In this document: in pieces, positions 31,122-39,717 of the stretch
How the letters are laid out: each line of letters opens with the position of its first letter
How positions within the stretch are numbered: the first letter of the stretch is position 1
NCBI GenBank assembly: GCA_963785725.1
Contig: CAWAWS010000005.1
Span: 288,001 to 352,000, forward strand
Reading direction: 5' to 3'
Length of the DNA: 64,000 bases
Source of the DNA: an uncultured delta proteobacterium
GTDB taxonomy: Bacteria > Myxococcota_A > Polyangia > Palsa-1104
The notes under the pieces: generated by a model
Databases searched by the model: none
What the model was told of the DNA's origin: nothing
The model's input: only the letters and a program-made list of their open reading frames with translations
Translations under genes and position numbers: made by a program

Positions 31122-32209
31122 GCGACGTTTCCAAACCGATTGAATGGCGTTATGGCCGGTTATTATCCGACTTCAAGCCGGGCGAAACCTACGAGCATCC
31201 GTGGCAAGTCACCATCGACGGCGGCACGATCGCGCTCTTCCAAGCGTCGTTTCTCGACGCCACGCCGATGTATTCGTCGGCCGTCTTCGCGCGCTCGCTC
31301 GGGTTGAAAGATCGGCCGCTGCATCCGCTGCTCTGCTTGAACTTGGGCTTGTCGTTCTCGGTTCACGACGTGTCCGAGCAGGCGATCGCGCATTTGGCCT
31401 ATATCGACGTCCGCTTTCCCGAGGCGGGATATGCCGGCGACACCGTGCACGCGTCGTCGACGGTGCTCGACGTCAAGCCCTCTTCGGCGGGCGACAAAGG
31501 CGTCGTACACGTGCGTACGGTCTTGTGGAACGAGCACGACCACGTCTTGTGCGCGTTCGAGCGCAAAGCGCTCATTCGCGCCGGCAAGCTCGACTCGCGG
31601 CCGAGCTGGGAGCCGATTTCCTACATCGACACGCCGCGCGTGCAGGACTTTCCGGCGGTGCCGAAAGAGCTCGTCGACGGCGGCGAGGTCGGCTTCGGCC
31701 CGTTCGCCGAGGACTTCAAAGTCGGCCAAGTGTTCACGCACGCCATCGGCAAGACGGTCGGCGAGTCGGAGCATATGCAGCTGACGGCGCTGGTGCGTAA
31801 CTCGCATCCGCTGCACTTCGACGAGATCTATTGCAAAGACAACTCGTTTACGAAGCAGCGCGTCGTCTATGGCGGGCTCGTGCTGTCGTGGGTGGCGACG
31901 CTGTCGTCGCGCGACTTGTGCGGGCAGGCGGTGTGGGAAGCGGGCCTCGACGCCGGCGCGCATCCCAACGGCGTCGTCGGTGGCGATACGCTCTATGCGG
32001 CCTCCAAAGTCGTGTCCATCGAAGACGGCGCGCCCGGCTTTTCGCGCGTGACGTTTCGGCTCGTCGGCGTGAAGAACAAGACGTCGGCGCAGGCTTACGC
32101 CGAGCACGGTGACGCGCTGTTTGCCGACGAATTGAGCAAGAAAGAGAACAAGCTCAAAGAAAAAGTCGTGGAAATTACTCGGACCGTTTACGTGCGAAGG
32201 AGATCCTAG
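31118..32209 (+). CDS. mch: Double MaoC (hot-dog) dehydratase, probable mesaconyl-CoA hydratase
   Basis: Two MaoC units (YGRLLSDF...DVSEQAIAHLAY...GVVHVRT; FAEDF...NSHPLHFD...VYGG...GDTLYA). Confidence 0.78.
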   Translation: MSDVSKPIEWRYGRLLSDFKPGETYEHPWQVTIDGGTIALFQASFLDATPMYSSAVFARSLGLKDRPLHPLLCLNLGLSFSVHDVSEQAIAHLAYIDVRFPEAGYAGDTVHASSTVLDVKPSSAGDKGVVHVRTVLWNEHDHVLCAFERKALIRAGKLDSRPSWEPISYIDTPRVQDFPAVPKELVDGGEVGFGPFAEDFKVGQVFTHAIGKTVGESEHMQLTALVRNSHPLHFDEIYCKDNSFTKQRVVYGGLVLSWVATLSSRDLCGQAVWEAGLDAGAHPNGVVGGDTLYAASKVVSIEDGAPGFSRVTFRLVGVKNKTSAQAYAEHGDALFADELSKKENKLKEKVVEITRTVYVRRRS

Positions 32210-33136
32210 ATGTCGAACTACGATCAGCTGGTCATCGCCCGCGACTTCCGCATTCGCCGCACCGAGCTCACCTGCCCGGCGCATTCGCTGAAGATGATGA
32301 CGAAGGCCGCCGGCTCCGAAGCCGACGAAGTGATCCTCGATCTCGAAGATTCCTGCGCCGTTTCGCAGAAGGTCGAGGCGCGCAAGACGCTCATCGAGGC
32401 CCTCAACACGCTCGACTTCAAGGGCAAGATTCGCGCGTTTCGTCCCAACAACATTCGCACCAAGTTCTTCTATAAAGACGTCATCGAGGTCGTCGAGGCG
32501 GCGGGGCCGAACATCGACATCATGGTGTTGCCCAAGAGCTACGGCCCCGACGACGTCCGCTTCGCCGATCGCTTGCTGACGCAGATCGAGCAGAACATGG
32601 GCTTCGAGATCGGCCGCATCAAGCTCGAGGTGCTCATCGAGTCGGCCGAAGCGTGCTTGAAGGCTTACGAGATCGCGACGGCGACGCCGCGCATGGCCGG
32701 CCTCATCTTCGGCATCGCCGACTTCGCCGGCGACATCGGCGCCAAAGAGCTGACCAAAGAGCAGTTCCAGGTCTATCACTACCCGAAGATGCAGACGATC
32801 GTGGCTGCGCGCGCCGCCGGTATCGACTGCATCGACAACGTCACCTTGCAGTTCCGCGATCTCGATCAGTGCCGTAAAGACGCCGAATATGCCTCGAAGA
32901 TGGGCTTCGACGGCAAGTGGGCCATTCATCCCGACCAAGTGAAGATCATCAACGAGGTCTTTACGCCGTCCAAAGACGAGCTGACGCGGGCGACGGAGAT
33001 CCTCGAGCTCTACAAGAAAGCCGACATGGATTCGGGGCTCGGCGCCATCGTCTACAAAGACGAGATGGTCGACGCGGCGACGCTGCGCGTGGAGTGGAAG
33101 AAGGTCGCCGTCGCGCAAAAGGCGGGGCTGCTCTAA
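32210..33136 (+). CDS. mcl: CitE-family CoA ester lyase, probable malyl-CoA/beta-methylmalyl-CoA lyase
   Basis: ILDLEDS, LIESA, FGIADF, GFDGKWAIHPDQ, MVDAA. Confidence 0.78.
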   Translation: MSNYDQLVIARDFRIRRTELTCPAHSLKMMTKAAGSEADEVILDLEDSCAVSQKVEARKTLIEALNTLDFKGKIRAFRPNNIRTKFFYKDVIEVVEAAGPNIDIMVLPKSYGPDDVRFADRLLTQIEQNMGFEIGRIKLEVLIESAEACLKAYEIATATPRMAGLIFGIADFAGDIGAKELTKEQFQVYHYPKMQTIVAARAAGIDCIDNVTLQFRDLDQCRKDAEYASKMGFDGKWAIHPDQVKIINEVFTPSKDELTRATEILELYKKADMDSGLGAIVYKDEMVDAATLRVEWKKVAVAQKAGLL

Positions 33137-33176
33137 AGCACGTACCAAAGACCACCCCGAAGGCGACAGTCGATAG

Positions 33177-33196
33177 AAGTAAACGGGTGTTTACTT
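33177..33196. promoter_or_regulatory. Perfect 8-bp inverted repeat inside the operon, upstream of hbd
   Basis: AAGTAAAC-GGGT-GTTTACTT. Confidence 0.5.
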
Positions 33197-33214
33197 GACG
33201 GATCGCTTGGAGGA

Positions 33215-34144
33215 ATGACGATGACGCTGCGAACGATTGGAATCATCGGCACCGGCGCCATGGGCCGCGGAATCGCCGAGGTGAGCGCGGTCTCCGGCTT
33301 CGAGACGATCTTGGTCAAGTCGACGCCGGGCGCGCTCGACTCGGCGCGCCGCTCCGTCGCCGAGTCGCTGGGCCGCGCCGTAAAAAAGGGCAAGCTGACG
33401 CGCGAGCACCTCGACGCCACCTTGTCGCGGCTGACGATGACGTCCGATCTCGACGCGCTCTCGAGCTGTGACTTCGTCGTCGAGTCGATCGTCGAGGACC
33501 TCGATCGCAAGCGGGCGCTCCTCGGCGACGTCGAGCCGCGGCTGTCGCCGGCGACGGTGCTGGCGTCGAACACGTCGGCGCTGCCGCTCGCGTCGCTGGC
33601 CGAAGGGCTGCGCGCGCCCAACCGCTTCCTCGGGATGCACTTCTTCTCGCCGGTGCCGGCCATGCAGCTGGTCGAGATCGCGGCCACGCCGCGCACCTAT
33701 CCGCAAGCGGTCGAGGCGGCGCTGAAGCTCGCCACCGCGCTCGGCAAGACGCCGGTCCTGGTCGCGGAGACGTCGGGTTACATCGTCAATCGGCTGCTCG
33801 TGCCCTACTTGCTCGACGGGATCGCGGCGCTGGAGGCGCGCGTCGCCTCGGCGACGGCGATCGACACGGCGATGCGGCTCGGCTGCGGCCATCCGATGGG
33901 TCCGCTCGCGCTCGCCGACGCCATCGGGCTCGACGTCGTCTACGCCATGGCCAAGACGATGCACCGCGAGCTCAACGATCGTCGTTATTCGCCGCCGGCG
34001 CTGTTGCGTCGGCTGGTGCTCAATCATCACCTCGGTCAGAAGACCCAGCGTGGCCTGTACGACTACTCCGTCGAGCCGGCGCGCGAGAACCCCGAGCTGT
34101 GGCCGGCCTCCGCCGAGCCCACGCCGGCGGGACAGGAAGCCTAA
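33215..34144 (+). CDS. hbd: 3-hydroxybutyryl-CoA dehydrogenase
   Basis: GTGAMGRGI, LASNTS, GMHFFSP, GYIVNR, GHPMGPLALADAIGLD. Confidence 0.88.
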   Translation: MTMTLRTIGIIGTGAMGRGIAEVSAVSGFETILVKSTPGALDSARRSVAESLGRAVKKGKLTREHLDATLSRLTMTSDLDALSSCDFVVESIVEDLDRKRALLGDVEPRLSPATVLASNTSALPLASLAEGLRAPNRFLGMHFFSPVPAMQLVEIAATPRTYPQAVEAALKLATALGKTPVLVAETSGYIVNRLLVPYLLDGIAALEARVASATAIDTAMRLGCGHPMGPLALADAIGLDVVYAMAKTMHRELNDRRYSPPALLRRLVLNHHLGQKTQRGLYDYSVEPARENPELWPASAEPTPAGQEA

Positions 34145-34147
34145 TCC

Positions 34148-34594
34148 ATGCGCATTACTCGAATCGATCACGTGGCGGTGTGTGTCGGCGACATCGACAA
34201 GGCGCTGCCGCAATGGCTCGACTTGCTCGGCCTGTCGGCGGGCGCGCGCGAATTCGTCGAGACGCAGAAGACCGAAGCGGCGTTCATCGTGACGCCGGAG
34301 ACGGCCGGCTGCACCGTCGAATTGATCGCGCCCAAAGGCGGCAACGCCGGGCTCGAGAAGTTCCTCGACAAGAACAACAACAAGTCGGGGCTGCATCACA
34401 TCGCGTTCGCCGTCGAGGACTTGGCGGGCGCGCTCAAGGAGCTGGACGCCAAAGGCGTGCCGCTCATCGACAAGACGCCGCGGCCGGGCGCGCGCGGCCA
34501 CTTGGTCGGCTTCCTGCACCCCAAAGCGGGCGACGGCGTGCTGATCGAATTGGTCAGCGACCATCCGCACGCGCACACGCAAGGGAGACACTGA
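34148..34594 (+). CDS. mce: Methylmalonyl-CoA/ethylmalonyl-CoA epimerase
   Basis: IDHVAVCV, VELIAP, GLHHIAFAV, FLHPK..GVLIEL. Confidence 0.9.
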   Translation: MRITRIDHVAVCVGDIDKALPQWLDLLGLSAGAREFVETQKTEAAFIVTPETAGCTVELIAPKGGNAGLEKFLDKNNNKSGLHHIAFAVEDLAGALKELDAKGVPLIDKTPRPGARGHLVGFLHPKAGDGVLIELVSDHPHAHTQGRH

Positions 34595-35778
34595 TGACGC
34601 TGCCGCTGCACACGGTGCCCAAGACGCTCGGGGAGACGCCGGCGACGATGCAGGCGATCGTCATCCGCAAAGAGCGCGAAGGCGACCCGATCAAGTCGAT
34701 GCAGGTCGAAGAGGTGCCGGTCCCCGAATTGGGGCCGAACGACGTGCTCGTGCTCGTCATGGCCGCGGGCGTGAACTTCAACGGCGTCTGGGCCGCGCAG
34801 GGCAAGCCGGTCTCGGTGTTCCGCATGCACAAGGAGCCGATGCACATCGCCGGCTCCGACGCGTCCGGCATCGTGTGGAAGGTCGGCAAAGAGGTGCGGC
34901 GCTGGAAGGTGGGCGACGAGGTCGTCATCCACTGCAACCAGTCGTGCGGTCAGTGCCCCGAGTGCAACGGCCTCGACCCGATGGCCTGCTCCGAGCAGAA
35001 AATCTGGGGTTACGAGACGTCGTGGGGCTCGTTCGCGCAGTTCACGAAGGTCCAGGCGCAGCAGCTCGTGCACAAGCCGAAGCAGCTCGGCTGGGAAGAG
35101 GCGGCGTCGTATGGCCTGACGTACTTCACGGCCTATCGCATGCTCGTCGGCCGCGCGCAGGTCAAGCCGGGCGACAACGTGCTCATCTGGGGCGCCGCCG
35201 GCGGTCTCGGCATCTTCGCCATTCAGATCTGCAAGATCTCGGGCGCCAACCCGATCGCCGTCGTCTCGTCGCCCGACAAGTACGATCTCGTGCGCTCGCT
35301 CGGCGCCGAAGGCGTCGTCAACCGCAAGGACTTCGGCTTCGCCTGGCAGCCCAACGAGACGCCCGAGCAGGTCAAGAAGCGCATGGACGAGACCAAGCGC
35401 CTCGGCGCCGAGCTGCGCAAATTGACCGGCGGCCGCGATCCCGACGTCGTCTTCGAGCACGTCGGCCAAGAGACGTTCCCGGCGTCGGTGTTCTTGTGCA
35501 AGCGCTTCGGCAAGATCGTCATCTGCGGCGCCACCTCGGGCTTCGATCTCACCTTCGACGTCCGCTATTTGTGGATGCGGCAGAAGGAGATCTTGGGCTC
35601 GCACTTCGCCAACGCCTATCAGGCCGAGCGCGCCAACGAGCTCGTCGTCGCCGGCAAGGTCAAGCCGGTGCTCGACCACGTCTACGACTTCGCCGAGACG
35701 CCGCTGGCGCACCAGCTCATGAAAGAGAACAAGCACAAGGGCAAGCTCGGCATTCGCATCCAGGCGCCGAACCCTTAG
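34594..35778 (+). CDS. ccr: Crotonyl-CoA carboxylase/reductase
   Basis: AAGVNFNGVW, HIAGSDASG, IWGYET, VLIWGAAGGLG, DVRYLWMRQK, GSHFAN. Confidence 0.92.
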   Translation: MTLPLHTVPKTLGETPATMQAIVIRKEREGDPIKSMQVEEVPVPELGPNDVLVLVMAAGVNFNGVWAAQGKPVSVFRMHKEPMHIAGSDASGIVWKVGKEVRRWKVGDEVVIHCNQSCGQCPECNGLDPMACSEQKIWGYETSWGSFAQFTKVQAQQLVHKPKQLGWEEAASYGLTYFTAYRMLVGRAQVKPGDNVLIWGAAGGLGIFAIQICKISGANPIAVVSSPDKYDLVRSLGAEGVVNRKDFGFAWQPNETPEQVKKRMDETKRLGAELRKLTGGRDPDVVFEHVGQETFPASVFLCKRFGKIVICGATSGFDLTFDVRYLWMRQKEILGSHFANAYQAERANELVVAGKVKPVLDHVYDFAETPLAHQLMKENKHKGKLGIRIQAPNP

Positions 35779-35870
35779 TCTGCAAACAGCGTCGCCAGTA
35801 GTCGCGGTCGCAGCCGGTTTGGCCGGCGATTCAGCTACATCCGCCGCGCAGACGTGATAGTTTCCCCGCC

Positions 35871-36146
35871 ATGAAGGCCCTGCAATTCCTGGTCGGCAAA
35901 GAGGTCGACATCTTCAACCCCAACGACACCGAAGAGGTGGACGGGTTGATGGCGTCGGGCCGCATCATCGGCATCAACGAAGGCTGGCTCATCTTGGCCA
36001 ATCCGAAGTCGGGGGAGCCCGATTTCGCGGTCAATTTGGAGCACGTCGGCATGATCGCCGTGCGCGAGCTGGCGCCGCTGATGGAAGCGCTGCCCGGCGG
36101 CAAGCTGCATCGCCTGCATCGCCCCAATCCCGACGACGAGAAGTAG
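35871..36146 (+). CDS. Small hypothetical protein, possibly Sm/LSm-like fold
   Basis: 91 aa with normal codon bias; LVGKEVDI...GRIIGINEGWLIL...VNLEHVGMI. Confidence 0.6.
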   Translation: MKALQFLVGKEVDIFNPNDTEEVDGLMASGRIIGINEGWLILANPKSGEPDFAVNLEHVGMIAVRELAPLMEALPGGKLHRLHRPNPDDEK

Positions 36147-36239
36147 CCGCCGGCCGCCCGCGCGTCGCCCCGACGGCGACGGCACGACGGTTGCGCGCCG
36201 GCCACGGCGCAGGTACGTTTGGCGGAGCACGCAGCACCC

Positions 36240-36313
36240 GACCCCATAGCTCAACTGGATAGAGCAACGCTTTCCTAAAGCGTAGGTTTCCCGTTCAAGT
36301 CGGGATGGGGTCA
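36240..36313 (+). tRNA. tRNA-Arg(CCT)
   Basis: Acceptor GACCCCA/TGGGGTC; anticodon arm ACGCT-TTCCTAA-AGCGT; T arm TCCCG-TTCAAGT-CGGGA; CCA not encoded (followed by CCG). Confidence 0.95.
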
Positions 36314-36635
36314 CCGGATATCGCGGTCGATTTGAAAGCCTCGCTCGAGTTTCCATGGCCGCCGCCGTCGCGCCAAGGCGGCCAAAGCACGTCAGAGATC
36401 GCGAATCGCGCCCGCCCGTTTCCAATCGAAAATCGACCGCACCACACGACTTTTCGCAAATAATCCGCAATCTTACACAGACAGCACCTCGCCGCAGTGA
36501 TTTTGATGTGTCCTCCGCGAGGATTCGGCGGCGAGGCGCGACGACGATGGATTCTGTCTGTATTTTCGCGGAGGAGCACAACGCCATGGACGTCGCAGAC
36601 CGGCGCGGACCGGTCGAAATCACGGTGGTGAGGGA

Positions 36636-37178
36636 CTAGTAGTGAAGCAGCGCTTCGAGCGGCTTGCCGCCGAGCTTTTGCCGCCCGGCCAAGAAGTCGA
36701 GCTCGATGACGAACGCGAACCCGGCAATCGTTCCGCCCTGCCGCTCGACGAGCCGGCCCGTCGCCGCCGCGGTCCCGCCCGTCGCCAACAGGTCGTCGAC
36801 GATCGAGCAGCGTCGCCGGTCGACCGCGTCCTCGTGCATCTCGAGCGTGTCGCTGCCGTACTCGAGCGCATAGGTCTCGCGCGTCGTCCGGTACGGCAGC
36901 TTGCCCGGCTTGCGCACCGGCACGAAGCCGACGCCCAGCCGCTCCGCCAGCGCCGCGCCGAAGATGAACCCGCGCGACTCGATGCCGACGATGAGCTCGG
37001 GCAGCCCCAGCTTCGCCACGCGCTCCGCCAACAAGTCGGTCACCAGCCGAAACGCCGCGCCATCGCCGATGAGCGGCGTCACGTCCTTGAACAAGATGCC
37101 CGGCTTGGGAAAGTCGGGCACGTCGCGGATGAGGCGGGTGATGCCGGCGAGGCGTGGGTCGTCGTTGGCGCTGCTCAT
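36636..37178 (-). CDS. apt: Adenine phosphoribosyltransferase
   Basis: PDFPKPGILFKD, GIESRGFIF, RKPGKLP, YALEYG, IVDDLLATGGT. Confidence 0.95.
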   Translation of the reverse strand: MSSANDDPRLAGITRLIRDVPDFPKPGILFKDVTPLIGDGAAFRLVTDLLAERVAKLGLPELIVGIESRGFIFGAALAERLGVGFVPVRKPGKLPYRTTRETYALEYGSDTLEMHEDAVDRRRCSIVDDLLATGGTAAATGRLVERQGGTIAGFAFVIELDFLAGRQKLGGKPLEALLHY

Positions 37179-37676
37179 TTGGCCGGAAGATAGCCGAGCG
37201 GGTCGCGCGCGATCGAGTCCTTTCGTACTTCGAAGTGCAGATGCGGCGCCGTCGCGTGCCCGGTCTGCCCCGAATGCGCGATGACTTGGCCGCGCAGGAC
37301 GCGCTCGCCTTCGTGCACGTCGAGCGCGCGATTGTGCGCGTAAACCGTCGCCAATGTGCCGTCGTGGCTCAAGATGACGAGGTTGCCGTAGCCGCGCAGC
37401 TTGTTGCCGGCGTAGGCGACGATGCCGTCGCAGGCGGCGCGCACCGGCGTGTCCTCGGCGACGGCGACGTCGATGCCGTCGTGCACGTGGCCCCAGCGAT
37501 GGCCGAACGGCGACGACAACGGGCCATCGACCGGCCACAACATCGCCGCGCACGAGGCCGTCGGAATCGGACGGCGTCACCGTCAGCTCGCGAATCCGCG
37601 ACTCGGCCGGCGGCTCGGGAACCGTCGCGCAGCCGCCCAAGGCCAACGCCAACAGCAACGGCGACAGCGACTTCAT
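37175..37676 (-). CDS. Short M23 peptidase lipoprotein, NlpD-like (apparent frameshift near 37555)
   Basis: MKSLSPLLLALALGGC lipobox; HDGID, GYGNLV, YAH, GQTG, HLHFE; surE-pcm-nlpD synteny. Confidence 0.8.
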
Positions 37677-38341
37677 GCGCGCGCCGGCCCGTCGCCACCC
37701 CAGCCGTAGCGGCCGACGAGGTCGACGAAGGCGCAGGGCGTGTTCCACTCGGTCGTGAACTCGCCGCCGCGCCTTCTGACGATGGCGAGCCGCTGCCCTT
37801 GCCGCGGCCCGACCGGCACGACGAGCCGTCCGCCGTCGGCCAGCTGGTCGACGAGCAGCGCCGGAATGTCGGGCGCGCCGGCGGCGACGATGATGGCGTC
37901 GAACGGCTGCTGCTCGCGCCAGCCACACGTGCCGTCGAAGACGCCGAGCTCGATGTTGTGATAGCCGAGCGCGCGCAGCCGCTGCTCGGCGACGCGCGCC
38001 AACGCCGGCCGCAGCTCGACGCCGAACACGCGCAGCGCCAGCTCACCCAAAATCGCCGTCTGATAGCCGGAGCCGACGCCGACCTCGAGCACGCGCTCGT
38101 TGCCGCGCAGCTCGCTGAGCTCGCACATGCGCGCCACCATGTACGGCTGCGACATCGTCTGCCCGCCGCCGATCGGCACCGGCGCGTCGGCATAGGCGCG
38201 CTCGCGCATCGGCTCGTCCAAGAAGCGCTCGCGCGGCACCTTGCGCATCGCCGCCAACAGGCGAACGTCACGAATGCCGCGCGCTTCGAGCTGCTCGACG
38301 ACCATGCGCCGGCGCCGCGCGGCAGCTTCGTCGGGCGTCAC
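37673..38341 (-). CDS. pcm: Protein-L-isoaspartate O-methyltransferase
   Basis: GQTMSQP, VLEVGVGSGYQ, PFDAIIV, GGRLVVPVG. Confidence 0.95.
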   Translation of the reverse strand: MTPDEAAARRRRMVVEQLEARGIRDVRLLAAMRKVPRERFLDEPMRERAYADAPVPIGGGQTMSQPYMVARMCELSELRGNERVLEVGVGSGYQTAILGELALRVFGVELRPALARVAEQRLRALGYHNIELGVFDGTCGWREQQPFDAIIVAAGAPDIPALLVDQLADGGRLVVPVGPRQGQRLAIVRRRGGEFTTEWNTPCAFVDLVGRYGWGGDGPARA

Positions 38342-39144
38342 GTCAGCCTAGTCCCCAAGTCGCCGGCGACGACGCGATCGAAGCCGTCGAGGTCCCAGTT
38401 CGGCAGCCGCTCGAGCAGACCGGCGTGCGTCAGGTCGAGATCGAGCGGCGTCACCGACACGTGACCGTCGCGCACGGCGTGACAGTCGGAGCCGGGCACG
38501 TCGCCGTAACCGGTGGGCGGACCGCCGATCCAATAATAGCGACGGCCGCGTAAATCGGCGCGCTCGTCGACCTGATCGCGATAGACGCGCTTGCCGAGCC
38601 TGGTCCAGTGATAGCCCTTGGGCGACGGCTCCATCGGCACGTTGACGTTGAGCAGCGTCCCCACCGGCAAGCCTTCCTGCAAGACGGCGCGCGCGAGCGC
38701 GTGGGCGAACTCGGCCGCGTGCTTGAAGGGATCCTCGCTCGTTTGCAGGCCGCGCTTCCATTCGAGCGACATGGCGATCGCCGGCACGTCGCGCAGCGCC
38801 GCCTCGACCGCGCCGGCGACGGTGCCCGAGTAGAAAACGTCGGAGCCCAAGTTGAAGCCGTGGTTGATGCCGCTGACGACGAGATCGGGCTTGCGCGCGC
38901 AGATCTTCAAGAGGCCCAAGTAGACGCAATCGGCGGGCGTGCCGTCGACGGAGAACCAGCCGGGCTCGATCTCTTCGCAGCGCAGCGGACGATCGAGCGT
39001 GAAGGCGTGGCTCGTCGCCGAGCGTTCGCGATCGGGCGCGACGACGACGAGGTCGCCCAAGTCGGCGAGGCGGCGGCCGAGCGCGCGAATTCCCGACGAC
39101 TGGATGCCGTCGTCGTTGGCGAGCATGATGAGCGGTCGAGACAC
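38338..39144 (-). CDS. surE: 5'/3'-nucleotidase SurE
   Basis: LANDDG, GTPADCV, SGINHGFN, YSGTVAGA. Confidence 0.95.
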   Translation of the reverse strand: MSRPLIMLANDDGIQSSGIRALGRRLADLGDLVVVAPDRERSATSHAFTLDRPLRCEEIEPGWFSVDGTPADCVYLGLLKICARKPDLVVSGINHGFNLGSDVFYSGTVAGAVEAALRDVPAIAMSLEWKRGLQTSEDPFKHAAEFAHALARAVLQEGLPVGTLLNVNVPMEPSPKGYHWTRLGKRVYRDQVDERADLRGRRYYWIGGPPTGYGDVPGSDCHAVRDGHVSVTPLDLDLTHAGLLERLPNWDLDGFDRVVAGDLGTRLT

Positions 39145-39193
39145 GCGTCGATGCTAGCGCGCGGCCGACGATGCCGCAAAAATCAGGACCGCC

Positions 39194-39649
39194 TCAGCGA
39201 ACCTGCACTTCGACGACGCGACGCTGACCGTCGGCCATGGTCAGCCGCAGGCGACCGTCGCCGGCGTGCATGCCGCGCACGAACAGCCGCGCGCCGGGCG
39301 TGAACCACGCGCGCGCCGCGTCGCCGGCCAGCTCGACGTCGCGCACCGAGCGCGCCGTCTCGAACACCGCGACGTTGCCGACGGCGACGACGAGCGGCAA
39401 ACCGCGATACGGCAGGTCGGCGTGGCGCGCCAGCACGTGCTCGTGACCTTGCCGCGGCACGACCTCGGCGTGCGCGTCGGGCGCCGGCGTGCGCACGTGC
39501 ATGTATTTGCCGCGCACCGCCTCGTCGTGCTCGAGCCAGCGATCGTAGGTGACCTCGAACTCGCCGCGCACGACCGGATGAAACGGCGTGCAAGCGCCCA
39601 GCGAGACGGCGATGACGGCAGCGACGGCGAACAGGCAGCGGCGAGCCAT
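39194..39649 (-). CDS. Hypothetical lipoprotein
   Basis: Lipobox LGAC; beta-rich C-terminus. Confidence 0.5.
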   Translation of the reverse strand: MARRCLFAVAAVIAVSLGACTPFHPVVRGEFEVTYDRWLEHDEAVRGKYMHVRTPAPDAHAEVVPRQGHEHVLARHADLPYRGLPLVVAVGNVAVFETARSVRDVELAGDAARAWFTPGARLFVRGMHAGDGRLRLTMADGQRRVVEVQVR

Positions 39650-39717
39650 GGCGCAGCGTAACATCGTGCGGCAGATCACGCGCATTCCTTGCAACATAAT
39701 CGATCGACGTCCGTCCC

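Noticed and set aside
36547..36639. Small ORF MDSVCIFAEEHNAMDVADRRGPVEITVVRD convergent with apt
   Set aside because: Too short, with no recognisable motif; cannot be supported from sequence alone.
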